Source: an uncultured virus (IMG/VR IMGVR_UViG_3300036822_000086) (lineage: Duplodnaviria; Heunggongvirae; Uroviricota; Caudoviricetes). From it: 64,000 nt of DNA. The position numbers and the translations under genes are program-made. The notes under the pieces were generated by a model. The model ran no database searches. It was not told the DNA's origin and worked only from the letters and a program-made list of their open reading frames with translations. The stretch lies in the IMG/VR virus record IMGVR_UViG_3300036822_000086; one strand, given 5' to 3'. Shown here one piece after another: positions 8,056 to 17,493 of this stretch (position 1 is its first letter; each line of letters opens with the position of its first letter).

Positions 8056-8355
8056 ATGTCTACTCCGCATTGGAAACCGCGCAACGTCACTCTGACGGGC
8101 AATAGCGCACTGCATAAGCCGCAGAGCTTGGGCGGTGAATTCGTTCCGGCCGGCACGAAAAACTGGTTCACCGACGAAGGCTTCGAGATATCGCGGCAAG
8201 CGTTGATCCGTATGCAAGCTAATGGCTGGCAAGGCTATGGCGCCAAGCCCAAGCGCAAGCGCAAGCCGACCGCCCTGACCACTGCCCAAGTCAAAGCTTG
8301 GATGGCCGCAAACCGCAGTCTCGCCGCGACCATGTTGATGGACTTGGCCGCATAA
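8056..8355 (+). CDS. hypothetical basic protein
   Basis: Follows the leader element and its RBS. Confidence 0.65.
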   Translation: MSTPHWKPRNVTLTGNSALHKPQSLGGEFVPAGTKNWFTDEGFEISRQALIRMQANGWQGYGAKPKRKRKPTALTTAQVKAWMAANRSLAATMLMDLAA

Positions 8356-8418
8356 AACTTCCCCACACAAACCTGCCCGGCGTTGGAGCGCCGGGCAAAA
8401 CCCCGAAGGAAACCGAAC

Positions 8419-9450
8419 ATGCCTACCACCGACATCAACCTCGAAATCGAGAATCCGATCACCGCGCTCGACGCGGTCGATCAAATCATCATGCACCTGC
8501 TCGAAGGCCAGCCCGTCATGTTGTGGGGCGCGAGCGGCATCGGCAAGTCCGAGCTTGCGCATCAGATTGCGCAAAAGATGGCCAGTAAGTTGATCCCCTT
8601 CCACACAAACATCCGCGAAAGCGTGGACGTGCGCGGCTTGCCCGTGCCCGATCTCGCCAGCGGCACGACGGTGTGGCTGGCGCCGAAGGAACTGCCGAAG
8701 TCTGACGGCAGCGACGGCCCGACGCTGTTGTTCATTGACGAGATCAACACCGGCACGATGCAAATGATGTCCGTCATGATGCAACTCGTGCTCGATCGCC
8801 GCGTCGGCGATTATACGCTGCCCGACAATTGCGTGATCCTGGCGGCCGGCAACCGCAGCAAGGACTCGCGCGCTGTCATTCAGATGCCGGTCCCGCTGCG
8901 GCGCCGCTTCGCCCACTACACGATGGTGGTCGATGTTCCGTCGTGGATCGCCCACGCCAAGGCGACCAACTTGGCGCCCGAGCTTGTCGCGTTCATCCGG
9001 TTTCGGCCGGATTGCTTGTACCGCGATGCTGACGGCGACCAGAACGCGTCAGCCAACCCGCGCACGATCTATCGCTGCGGGCCCTACATCAAACAACCAC
9101 CCGCGCGCCGCTTGCGCGCGTTCACCGCAATGGTCGGGAAGGTCGTTGCTTCCGAGATGGAGTCATTCGTGAGTCTCTACCAATCACTCACGAGCCTCGA
9201 TGACATCCTGGCCAACCCGACCACGGCCAAACTTCCGAGCGAGCCGAGCGAGCGTTACGCCGTGTGTACGGCAATCGCCAGACTTGCTGACCGGAAGACT
9301 TTCCCGAATGTGATCGCCTACGCCAAGCGGCTGCCGCGTGAGTTCGAAGTGCTCACGGTGACCGACGCGGTGTCGCGCGATGACAAGCTGGCCAATGTCG
9401 CCGCCTACGGCAAATGGGCGGTCGAAAATTCGGACGTGACTGTCCAGTAA
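8419..9450 (+). CDS. MoxR/AAA_5-type AAA+ ATPase
   Basis: Walker A GASGIGKS, Walker B LLFIDEIN, AAGNR sensor, LRRRF Arg finger. Confidence 0.9.
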   Translation: MPTTDINLEIENPITALDAVDQIIMHLLEGQPVMLWGASGIGKSELAHQIAQKMASKLIPFHTNIRESVDVRGLPVPDLASGTTVWLAPKELPKSDGSDGPTLLFIDEINTGTMQMMSVMMQLVLDRRVGDYTLPDNCVILAAGNRSKDSRAVIQMPVPLRRRFAHYTMVVDVPSWIAHAKATNLAPELVAFIRFRPDCLYRDADGDQNASANPRTIYRCGPYIKQPPARRLRAFTAMVGKVVASEMESFVSLYQSLTSLDDILANPTTAKLPSEPSERYAVCTAIARLADRKTFPNVIAYAKRLPREFEVLTVTDAVSRDDKLANVAAYGKWAVENSDVTVQ

Positions 9451-9469
9451 AACAAACCCGGAGTCAGAA

Positions 9470-11020
9470 ATGAACCGCCTCGAAATGGAGCGCGTCGCCA
9501 AAGACAAGGTGATGAAGGCGCGCGCTGCCATCATTCAAGCACGCAAGTTTTATGGCGTGCTGGTCGCGAACGTCGAGCCGGTGCCATGCTGGTCAATTCC
9601 ACGCATGGCCACCGACTCGATCAAACACTACTACAACCCGCAATTCGTTTGCGAGTTGTCGCAAGAGTTCCTGGAAGGCATCCAAGTTCACGAAAGCGAA
9701 CACGATGCCCGCCACCATTCGACGCGGCGCCGTGGGCGCGATCCGCTGCGTTGGAACAAGGCGTGCGATTATTCGATCAACCCTGACATTCTCGCGGAAG
9801 GGTTCAAGCTCCCCGATTGGGTGCTGAACCGTCCCGAGTTTGCCGGCATGGCGACCGAAGACATCTACCGCGTCTTGGAAATCGAGGAACAGCAACAGCA
9901 GCAGCAAGAAGACGCGGACGATGACGCTGACGATGACGGAGACGATGACGAAGCCGATGACGCGAGCGCTGACGACGACGTTGACGATGACGCTGGCGGT
10001 GACGACGGCGATGCCGGTGACGAAGACGAAGCCGCTGACGGTGACGCAGACGGTGACTCGGACGATGCCGACGACGGCGACGTTGACGACGGCGATGCCG
10101 ACGACGGTGCCGATGGCGCTGGCGGTGACGGCGACGTTGACGAAAACGAAGGCGGCGACGAGGGCGACGACGGTGACGAGGCCGGCGGCACTAACGAAGG
10201 CGAAGGCGCAGACGACGGTGCAGACGTTGGCGGCGACGATGGCGACGACGTCAGCGCAGACGCGGACGGCGACGTCGATGAAGCCAATGCTACGCCGCGC
10301 CCCGGCTACGAGCAACAGCCTTGGGATTGCGGTGGCGTGCTCGACGCGCCCGCCGAACAAGCGCCTGATCTCGACGCCAAGTGGGACGTCATCGCGCATC
10401 AAGCCGCTGCACTCGCCAAGAAGGCCGGCTGCTTGCCCGGCCATTGGGAGTCGGAGCTAGAGCGGCGCAAGACGCCGACCGAAGATTGGCGCGAAGAAAT
10501 GCGCCAGTTCTTCGACGCGGGCGCCAGCCGCTCAGAAACGTGGAACCGACCGAATCGCCGGTTCGCACACACCGGGTTCGTGCTGCCCGGCACGCAGCGC
10601 GACGGCATCAACAAAGTCGCGTTTCTTGTTGATACGTCCCTGTCCATGTCTGACGACGTCCTGAACAAAGTCGGCAACGAGGTTCAGGCGGCGATGGACG
10701 CGGGCATCATCTCGGAAGCCGTGGTCGTCTACAACGACACGCGGGTCAATGCAGTCGATCGCTATCTCGACGGCGACCAAGTCGAGTTCAAGGCGGTCGG
10801 CCGTGGCGGCACGGACTTGCGACCGGCGTTCAAATGGATCGATGAAAACGATCCCGACTGTTCGCTGATCGTGGCGCTGACCGATCTTGAGATCGGCGAC
10901 CCTGGCCCGGAACCGCAGGCGCCCGTCCTTTGGGCGGCGTATGGCGACCCTCGCATCGTGACCTACCTGAAAAGCACGTTGCCTTGGGGCGACGTGATCG
11001 ACGTCGGGACGGACGCCTAG
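9470..11020 (+). CDS. metallopeptidase-like + VWA domain protein (DUF2201 type) with acidic linker
   Basis: HESEH zincin motif, WNKACDYSIN, MIDAS DTSLS, GRGGTD, LTDL. Confidence 0.88.
   Translation: MNRLEMERVAKDKVMKARAAIIQARKFYGVLVANVEPVPCWSIPRMATDSIKHYYNPQFVCELSQEFLEGIQVHESEHDARHHSTRRRGRDPLRWNKACDYSINPDILAEGFKLPDWVLNRPEFAGMATEDIYRVLEIEEQQQQQQEDADDDADDDGDDDEADDASADDDVDDDAGGDDGDAGDEDEAADGDADGDSDDADDGDVDDGDADDGADGAGGDGDVDENEGGDEGDDGDEAGGTNEGEGADDGADVGGDDGDDVSADADGDVDEANATPRPGYEQQPWDCGGVLDAPAEQAPDLDAKWDVIAHQAAALAKKAGCLPGHWESELERRKTPTEDWREEMRQFFDAGASRSETWNRPNRRFAHTGFVLPGTQRDGINKVAFLVDTSLSMSDDVLNKVGNEVQAAMDAGIISEAVVVYNDTRVNAVDRYLDGDQVEFKAVGRGGTDLRPAFKWIDENDPDCSLIVALTDLEIGDPGPEPQAPVLWAAYGDPRIVTYLKSTLPWGDVIDVGTDA
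9911..10276. repeat. hexamer array 4, 61 in-phase units inside the VWA gene
   Basis: gacgcg gacgat gacgct...; CG at positions 3-4 in 58/61 units, no slip. Confidence 0.9.
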
Positions 11021-11072
11021 TCCGTCCCGTTTCCCTTCAACCTTCAGCCTACCAAACAAAACGGAGTCTACC

Positions 11073-11969
11073 ATGTTAGCCAACACCAAAATCGCCTCGC
11101 CGCTGTCGCGGAAGGCGGTGCTTGTCGCCGTCAATATTTCGATGTGGACGGCGCGTCGCCTCGATAAGAAGGTGACCGATGAAGTCAATCAGGCGCACAA
11201 TGCGAGCGCCGATGCCGGGCGCTACAACAAGTTGTTGCTCAACGCCGAGCGGCTGAAGCGCCTGACCGAACTGGTCAGCCGGGCGCGCGACTTGCACTAT
11301 CGCATGACCAAGCCGTGGGCCGATGAAGGCCCGCGTATTCTCCCGAATGTGCTGTACGCGAAGTTCACCACGCAGTTCCGCGAGATCAAGCGCGACTTTC
11401 ATTCGGCCGCCGACGACTTCTGCCGCGACTATCCGATGTGGGTGGAGGAAGCCAAGCAGCGGTTGAACGGCTTGTGGAAGGCCGAAGACTACCCGGGCGC
11501 CGAAGAAATCCGCACGAAGTTCAAGCTCGACTTGACCTTCATGCCGCTGCCCGAGGCGGACGACTTCCGGTCCGACGTGCTGGATGCCGACACGGTTGCC
11601 GACATCCGCGCCGAGATCACGGCGGCATCTGAGCAAGCGGAGGTTCGCTCGACGCGCGACACCGTTGACCAGATCACCAAGGTGGTCGGGCACATGGCCA
11701 AGAAGCTCGGCGAGTACAAGACCAACGGCGAAGGCGAAGGCCGCAAGTTCTTCACCGACTCGCTGGTCGCCAACGTGCGCGAGCTTGCCGACTTGTTGCC
11801 AGCCTTCAACCTGCAAGATGATCCGGCGCTGACCGCGATCACCGAGCGGATCAAGCACGAGCTTTGCGCGGAGGAAGCGCCCGTGCTGCGCAACAACGAC
11901 GACGTTCGCGCCGTCGTGCAGAAGTCGGCCGAGGAAATCTTGGCTGACGTGGAAAGGTTCATGGCGTGA
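11073..11969 (+). CDS. DUF3150-like helical protein
   Basis: ISMWTARRLD...YP...IRTKF; usual third member of phage AAA-VWA clusters. Confidence 0.7.
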   Translation: MLANTKIASPLSRKAVLVAVNISMWTARRLDKKVTDEVNQAHNASADAGRYNKLLLNAERLKRLTELVSRARDLHYRMTKPWADEGPRILPNVLYAKFTTQFREIKRDFHSAADDFCRDYPMWVEEAKQRLNGLWKAEDYPGAEEIRTKFKLDLTFMPLPEADDFRSDVLDADTVADIRAEITAASEQAEVRSTRDTVDQITKVVGHMAKKLGEYKTNGEGEGRKFFTDSLVANVRELADLLPAFNLQDDPALTAITERIKHELCAEEAPVLRNNDDVRAVVQKSAEEILADVERFMA

Positions 11970-12067
11970 TCTACTAAGGGCGGCGCCGATGTGCGCCGCC
12001 TCATAGTGATCAGGCGATCACGGCCGCATTGGAGTGCGGCTCAAACAGCACCGAAGGAAACAACATC

Positions 12068-12547
12068 ATGCAAGCGAATAAAATCAAAATCGGCGACATC
12101 TATGCCGTGCGCGTTCATGGCGAACTTGCCCGCTACAGAGTGCTGGCTGCCACCACCAAGCGAACTCTCGGAGGCACTTCGACCCTAGTCGAAGGCGAGT
12201 TGTTGGATGCGATCCGTGGGCACGAGATTGGCGATAGATGCCAATATGATGCCGGCGACATCATCGGCGATTACAAAGAAGTGGCCGAGCTTGCGGCGCG
12301 GGATCAGCGGGAAAGAGAGGCGGCGTCGCTTGCCGCACAACAGAAGCAGGATCGCGCCGAGGCAATCCTGGCCGCATTCTGCAAACTGATCGGCGTTCCC
12401 AAGCCGAAAAGGATCAAGACCAGTCGGCATAGCGACAGCACGGGCTATGACCACACGGTTCCATTCCGGCTGGACTACAGCAACACGATCGAGATCAACC
12501 GCGATGGCATGGACATCCTGGCCAAGTTCCTGAAGGTCGATCAATGA
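12068..12547 (+). CDS. hypothetical protein
   Basis: ATG after the hairpin leader and GAAGGA RBS. Confidence 0.65.
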   Translation: MQANKIKIGDIYAVRVHGELARYRVLAATTKRTLGGTSTLVEGELLDAIRGHEIGDRCQYDAGDIIGDYKEVAELAARDQREREAASLAAQQKQDRAEAILAAFCKLIGVPKPKRIKTSRHSDSTGYDHTVPFRLDYSNTIEINRDGMDILAKFLKVDQ

Positions 12548-12738
12548 GTATCCCCGAACAAATGCCGCAACTCGATATCCGCGAGAAGCTTGCGCATATC
12601 GACCAGATGCTCGCCGATCACGATCGCAAGCGTCAGGAAATCAAACTGGCGCCTTGGGGTCTTGTTGTCGGCGCCATGACAACTGGCGCAGCGCTGTTCG
12701 CCGCTGGTGCGGCATTTATCAAACTGTTAGGAGGCTAA
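12544..12738 (+). CDS. small protein with C-terminal TM helix
   Basis: PWGLVVGAMTTGAALFAAGAAFIKL. Confidence 0.65.
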   Translation: MSIPEQMPQLDIREKLAHIDQMLADHDRKRQEIKLAPWGLVVGAMTTGAALFAAGAAFIKLLGG

Positions 12739-12743
12739 ATCAC

Positions 12744-12938
12744 ATGGACCCGGAAGCAACACTAACCCGACTGCGTGAGCTAGTCGGAGAGATCAACGCC
12801 GCTTGGGATGTGGGCGACGATTGCACTGATATGGCCGTCGAGATGGCCGAGCTATTCGGCGCGCTAGATAGCTGGCTGTGTAAGGAAGGCTTTCTGCCGA
12901 AGACGTGGGCTACTGAAACCTCGAAGGTGAACAAATGA
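12744..12938 (+). CDS. small phage protein
   Basis: AGGAGG RBS; MDPEATL...LDSWLCKEGFLPKTW. Confidence 0.7.
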   Translation: MDPEATLTRLRELVGEINAAWDVGDDCTDMAVEMAELFGALDSWLCKEGFLPKTWATETSKVNK

Positions 12939-13097
12939 AAAAGCCAATGCGTAAGTCGCCACTACAACAACTCAGCGAGGACTACCGCGCCGATCCGAAG
13001 CGGTTCAAAGGTCCGGTCAAGTGGGGCGCCCTGCTCGCGATTTTGGATTTGATCGCCTCGATCGGACAGTTGTTCGGCTAAAACAGGAGAAACGACA

Positions 13098-13334
13098 ATG
13101 ATGAAGGTTTATGTGGGCCTTTACGAGCACAAGCACGGCAGCAATGTTGCCGTCTATGCCAGTGCGCAAGCGGCGGAAACGGCACGCCAGCTCATTGCCG
13201 ATGAAGGGTGGGACCGCGAAATCGGTAACACCCGCACGCGTCCGGCCGATCCGAAAGAACTGGCCGACGCGTACTTCGATGCGCTTGATGGACGCGAGTA
13301 TTTCACGATCCATGAATGCGAAGTTCAGCACTGA
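13098..13334 (+). CDS. hypothetical protein
   Basis: AGGAG RBS. Confidence 0.65.
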   Translation: MMKVYVGLYEHKHGSNVAVYASAQAAETARQLIADEGWDREIGNTRTRPADPKELADAYFDALDGREYFTIHECEVQH

Positions 13335-13451
13335 GGACCCGGCGGCCTCCCTACGAAGTGCAACACCGAGTCCGTGTGCGACGGACTCCCCGATGCGCTC
13401 GCATCCTGGCGATTGGAGTCGCCGGTCATCAAACCCCGAAGGAAAACGACA

Positions 13452-14027
13452 ATGTCATTTATCTGCTTCATCGTCTGGATCGTGTTCGCGTGCGCCGTTG
13501 GAACCGCAGCGTCACGTCACTACAAGCGTTCCGGCTTTGGTTGGGGCGTTCTCGCCGTCCTGATCTCGCCGCTGTTGGCGTGGTTTCTGTTGCTGTTGCT
13601 CGGGACCAATCCCGATCGTCAGTGGCAGCCGCAGCCGCAGCGTGGCGTGAACTGGAAGGCCGTCGATTGGTCAACCGGCGAGATCGTCAAGCCGCGACCG
13701 ATCAGCATGGAGCCTGCCTACATCGAGCCCATGAGCAGAATCGCAATGTGGTTCTGGTTATCGTTGGTCGGAGTCATGCTGGCGGGATTGCTCTTGCTGG
13801 CCATAGTCACGAACGCGGGGGCGGCCGAGCAAAGCCGGGTCTACGCGCCGGACGGCCGCAGCATCGGCACGGTCGTGCCGCAAGGCGACGGCTCGAACCG
13901 GTTCTATGACGCGCGCGGCAACAGCCGTGGCACGTCAACAACAACCGGCAACACCACCAAAGACTACGACGCGCGCGGCAACGTGCTCGGCACCACCACC
14001 GCACCGCGCGGCGACCGGTTGCGATGA
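13452..14027 (+). CDS. membrane protein with C-terminal YDARGN beta repeats
   Basis: Three hydrophobic helices; repeats YAPDGR/YDARGN/YDARGN. Confidence 0.65.
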   Translation: MSFICFIVWIVFACAVGTAASRHYKRSGFGWGVLAVLISPLLAWFLLLLLGTNPDRQWQPQPQRGVNWKAVDWSTGEIVKPRPISMEPAYIEPMSRIAMWFWLSLVGVMLAGLLLLAIVTNAGAAEQSRVYAPDGRSIGTVVPQGDGSNRFYDARGNSRGTSTTTGNTTKDYDARGNVLGTTTAPRGDRLR

Positions 14028-14308
14028 CCTTCGAACCGATCGCGCTGCCCGCGCCCCGCAGGCGCCACTTCCGCGTCAATCTGTGTGCGGTGTGCGGGCA
14101 GCATCACGCGCCGGCCTACGACTTCCGGCGCGTGCTCCGACAGTTCGGCCTCAAGGGCGATCGAGCCGCTGTCGAATGCGTACAACGGCTGTTCGCTCGG
14201 CTCGAACAACTGAAAGGGCCCCCTATCGTTCGATAGTGTTGCGACACTGTGACGACAATGTTAAGTCACTGTCGCTGATACCAGCAAAACCCGAGAAAGG
14301 ACAATCTC

Positions 14309-14524
14309 ATGCGTGCAGCATTTTCTGAACCGTCCCGAACCGAAGCCTCCTGTGAAATCAGAGGCGGGACTTCGAGTTGGTCTGACGACAGCAACTCGAT
14401 CAAGTTCACGTGGTTCGACAAGACAGGAAAGGCGTGCCGGGGCGGCGAAGTGCCCGTCGAAGCACTTCCCCAAATGCTCGAATTTGCCATTCGTCACGGC
14501 CTACTAAAAGTCGGCGCGATCTAA
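14309..14524 (+). CDS. hypothetical protein
   Basis: AAAGGA RBS. Confidence 0.55.
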   Translation: MRAAFSEPSRTEASCEIRGGTSSWSDDSNSIKFTWFDKTGKACRGGEVPVEALPQMLEFAIRHGLLKVGAI

Positions 14525-14630
14525 CTGGCGAGCCAAAAAGAGCGTAACACCGGGCCCCGTTCGCGGGGCCCCATGATGCGCTCGCATCCCGGCGATTGGA
14601 GTCGCCGCAAACCCCGAAGGACCCACCCCA

Positions 14631-14873
14631 ATGAAAACCCTGACAGAGTCTGAGCACATCGTGCTCAACATTCTCAACGGCTGCCCGTGTGGCGCGACCG
14701 AGTTCAACTTGGTCACCCGCCACGACGTCAAGCCGTGCACGCTCTATCGGTTGATCGAGCGCGGCCTGATCCATCCCCAAGAACGGCGCATCCGGCCCCC
14801 ATGGGGCTGGCCGATCCTGTGGGTCAGCATCACCGACCACGGCCGCAAGGCCCTCAAAGCGGAGACGCACTGA
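14631..14873 (+). CDS. small winged-helix-like protein
   Basis: TLYRLIERGLI...VSITDHGRKAL. Confidence 0.6.
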   Translation: MKTLTESEHIVLNILNGCPCGATEFNLVTRHDVKPCTLYRLIERGLIHPQERRIRPPWGWPILWVSITDHGRKALKAETH

Positions 14874-14875
14874 CA

Positions 14876-15292
14876 ATGTTCAAATCAAACACCCAGCCGT
14901 ATTGCCGGATGTGCGGCAAGCCGGTCCGTAAGCACACAACGCAGCATTACGTGGAGCACCCAATGGGTCGGGGACGCTTCGACTTCGACGCTGAACTTGT
15001 GACGCGCGAGGACCTACAGAAGCGCACCAATCAGCAAATCGTCTCGGTCAAGTACCACTATGAGAATGAGGAACACGAGCGCGCGTCCGAAGACATCTAC
15101 GACAATCGCTGGACGCGGCACGTAAGTGGACGCCGTACGGTCTACAGCTACACGACTTGGGACGGCGAGTCCTACGTGGGCGAGTTCTTCTGCAACGGCG
15201 ATTGCGCTGAAGCCATGGGCTACTCCGCCGCGCGCGCGGGCTGGTCAACGGATCATTGGAGACGACGAGTCAAACGAAAGGAAACCACATGA
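14876..15292 (+). CDS. Zn-finger-like hypothetical protein
   Basis: CRMCGK and FCNGDCA. Confidence 0.6.
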   Translation: MFKSNTQPYCRMCGKPVRKHTTQHYVEHPMGRGRFDFDAELVTREDLQKRTNQQIVSVKYHYENEEHERASEDIYDNRWTRHVSGRRTVYSYTTWDGESYVGEFFCNGDCAEAMGYSAARAGWSTDHWRRRVKRKETT

Positions 15293-15510
15293 ACATCGAG
15301 AACCTTGGCCGCTACGAGATCATGATCAACCGCGACGTCCTGATCGACCGCTACCTGACCATCATGGAAAGAGACATCCGCGCCCGCGTCGTGGTCGAGA
15401 TCGACCCGCACACGCAGCGCCGGGAAATGACGGTCTACACCGACGACGGCGACGGTAACGGCGTGCGCCTGCTCAGCATCGCCTTTGCCCCCGGGGAGAC
15501 GGTGCCATGA
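15289..15510 (+). CDS. hypothetical protein
   Basis: ATGA-coupled, AAGGA RBS. Confidence 0.55.
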   Translation: MNIENLGRYEIMINRDVLIDRYLTIMERDIRARVVVEIDPHTQRREMTVYTDDGDGNGVRLLSIAFAPGETVP

Positions 15511-15914
15511 ACCTCGCCCCCCTCATTGCCGGCATCGTGCTCGGCGCCCTCTCGGCAGGCCCGGCGCCGGGCGCTGGCGTCCTCCTGTGCGATCCGTGGG
15601 GTTGCCGGTCGTCACCCTATTGGCCACCCGTGCCCGTGCCTGTACGGCCTCCTGTGGCCTTCCTCCCGCCCGGTCCGGGGCCGGAAGTCTATACCGCGCC
15701 GCCGCAGCGGCGCACAGAGGCGTTGCCCGACCCGCCGCCACCCTCACAAGCCCCGCCGCCGCCACGCAGCCCACGGCCTCCCTCGCGGCAGGAGGCGGCC
15801 CAGCAAGCGGACATCGAGGCTTCGATCGAGGCGTTCTGCGACGGCCACCCAGACGAGCAGTTTTGCGGCAAGCTCGGCACGTGGCTGCGAGCCCACCCCA
15901 ACAACCGGAGATGA
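15507..15914 (+). CDS. secreted proline-rich protein
   Basis: Signal-like N-terminus, Pro-rich middle, paired Cys. Confidence 0.55.
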   Translation: MNLAPLIAGIVLGALSAGPAPGAGVLLCDPWGCRSSPYWPPVPVPVRPPVAFLPPGPGPEVYTAPPQRRTEALPDPPPPSQAPPPPRSPRPPSRQEAAQQADIEASIEAFCDGHPDEQFCGKLGTWLRAHPNNRR

Positions 15915-16093
15915 ACCCCCATGCGAACCAAGGAAGAAAGGCACGAAGCCCGGCTGGCCCTGATCGAGACGGCGACGTCGGGGCGAGTCGCGTTCGAGGC
16001 GCGGCTAATCGTGGAAGCTCTGGTTGAGCTTGCGGTCACCATCGATGAAGCGACGCATCGGATTGTCGTCGGCGAAGACGAAAGGCACCTGTC

Positions 16094-16312
16094 ATGACAG
16101 AGGCCGAACGGTTGGAATGGTGTAAGGCCAGGGCCCGCGAATATTTGCAGCGCGGCGATCTCGTCAATGCAGTCGCCTCGATGATCTCTGACATGAACCA
16201 AAATTATCCAGGGCTTCCGCCATGTCGGCCGGAACTGGCAATGATCGGCGTCATGTACGCCGCCAACGGCGACCGCAACGGCGTCGCGGCATTCATCGAA
16301 GGGTTCCGATAG
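16094..16312 (+). CDS. small phage protein
   Basis: LEWCKARAREYL...FIEGF. Confidence 0.65.
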   Translation: MTEAERLEWCKARAREYLQRGDLVNAVASMISDMNQNYPGLPPCRPELAMIGVMYAANGDRNGVAAFIEGFR

Positions 16313-16428
16313 CGAGTGGCCCCGGACGTTGGAGCGCCCGGGGCCGTGGCGATCAGAACGCGCTGACCCGAAGAAACAGCGGCGTCTCACGTATCGCCAA
16401 GCCGACTTATAAACGAAAGGACTTCACC

Positions 16429-16659
16429 ATGCCTAACGAACTGCCCCCGATGTCCCCCGACGAATTCAATCTCGCACTTGATAAACTTGGCTTGAGCCAA
16501 GTCGGGTGCGGGCACTTTCTCGGGATCGATCCGCGCACCGTGCGCTACTACGCCAGCGGCGGCCATGCCGTGCCGAAACTCGTGGCGCTGCTGTTGCGCA
16601 CGATGGTGCGGAAGAAAATCACATTAGAAGACGCCGCCACACTGCGCCCGCTCAAGTAA
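16429..16659 (+). CDS. Cro/XRE-like HTH protein
   Basis: LDKLGLSQVGCGHFLGIDPRTVRYYASG; AAAGGA RBS. Confidence 0.75.
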   Translation: MPNELPPMSPDEFNLALDKLGLSQVGCGHFLGIDPRTVRYYASGGHAVPKLVALLLRTMVRKKITLEDAATLRPLK

Positions 16660-16703
16660 AAAAATAGGCCGCCGATGGTTCGATCCATCGAGCGGCCTTT
16701 TTT
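16658..16703. terminator. bidirectional intrinsic terminator
   Basis: A-tract, AGGCCGC...GCGGCCT stem, T-tract. Confidence 0.7.
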
Positions 16704-17089
16704 AGTTTCCGAACAACCGAGACACAAGGGCGTCAGAACCCGCTGTGCCTCAGTGCAGAGCATACGAAAGGAACAAGACAATGCCACGCGATATTTTGGA
16801 TTGGATGGCTGAGCCCATGGAGATTCGCCGGCTGATCAAGTTGCAGCCCGGCGAGGCGCCGCCGCCGGTATTGTTATTCTCGACACTGATTCCAGACGGC
16901 TATCGGCTAGAGACGGACGCAGAATTCCGCGAGCGTCTGAAAAACAAACCGCCCGCGTGATCAAAAAAAGCCCCACCCAGCGGTGCGGCCGGGCAGGGCT
17001 CAAGTTGGGGAGGAACTGGTCAGCAATGCGTGCAGATCGGCGGCACGTCGGCCGGTAGCGGCAAGTCGGGATAGAAATCAGGCTGATCG

Positions 17090-17311
17090 CTAGTAGTGAA
17101 AGATATGCACCATAGGTGCCCCCACGAGTAACGAGATCACGCAGATAATGAACACCAGCAATACGATCAGCAAATAGATGCGCTGAATGTTCCAAGGGAT
17201 CGGCCACTGAAACAACGACGCTACCCACACGACAATTGCACCGACCAATACCAAGATGGCCGCGACCAGCACGCAGTTGAGAACACCGATCAGAATTCCA
17301 GCGATACTCAT
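17090..17311 (-). CDS. two-TM membrane protein, holin candidate
   Basis: Highly hydrophobic 73 aa downstream of the endolysin. Confidence 0.55.
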   Translation of the reverse strand: MSIAGILIGVLNCVLVAAILVLVGAIVVWVASLFQWPIPWNIQRIYLLIVLLVFIICVISLLVGAPMVHIFHY

Positions 17312-17493
17312 GGTTTGCCCTCCGAAACGCTCCTATTCTGTGATAGCGCCAGTGTGATGCCTTCGCCGGCTTTCATTCTGTCGCAGATATCGTCGTAGAG
17401 AACTTGCGCCTCATAGTCATCGCCGCAGATTACTTCGATCTTGACGATGTCGAACACGACACTGACCGCGACTTTCTTGCCGACGCGGGTCAT
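17308..17493 (-). CDS. hypothetical protein
   Basis: ATGA-coupled on both sides. Confidence 0.55.
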   Translation of the reverse strand: MTRVGKKVAVSVVFDIVKIEVICGDDYEAQVLYDDICDRMKAGEGITLALSQNRSVSEGKP

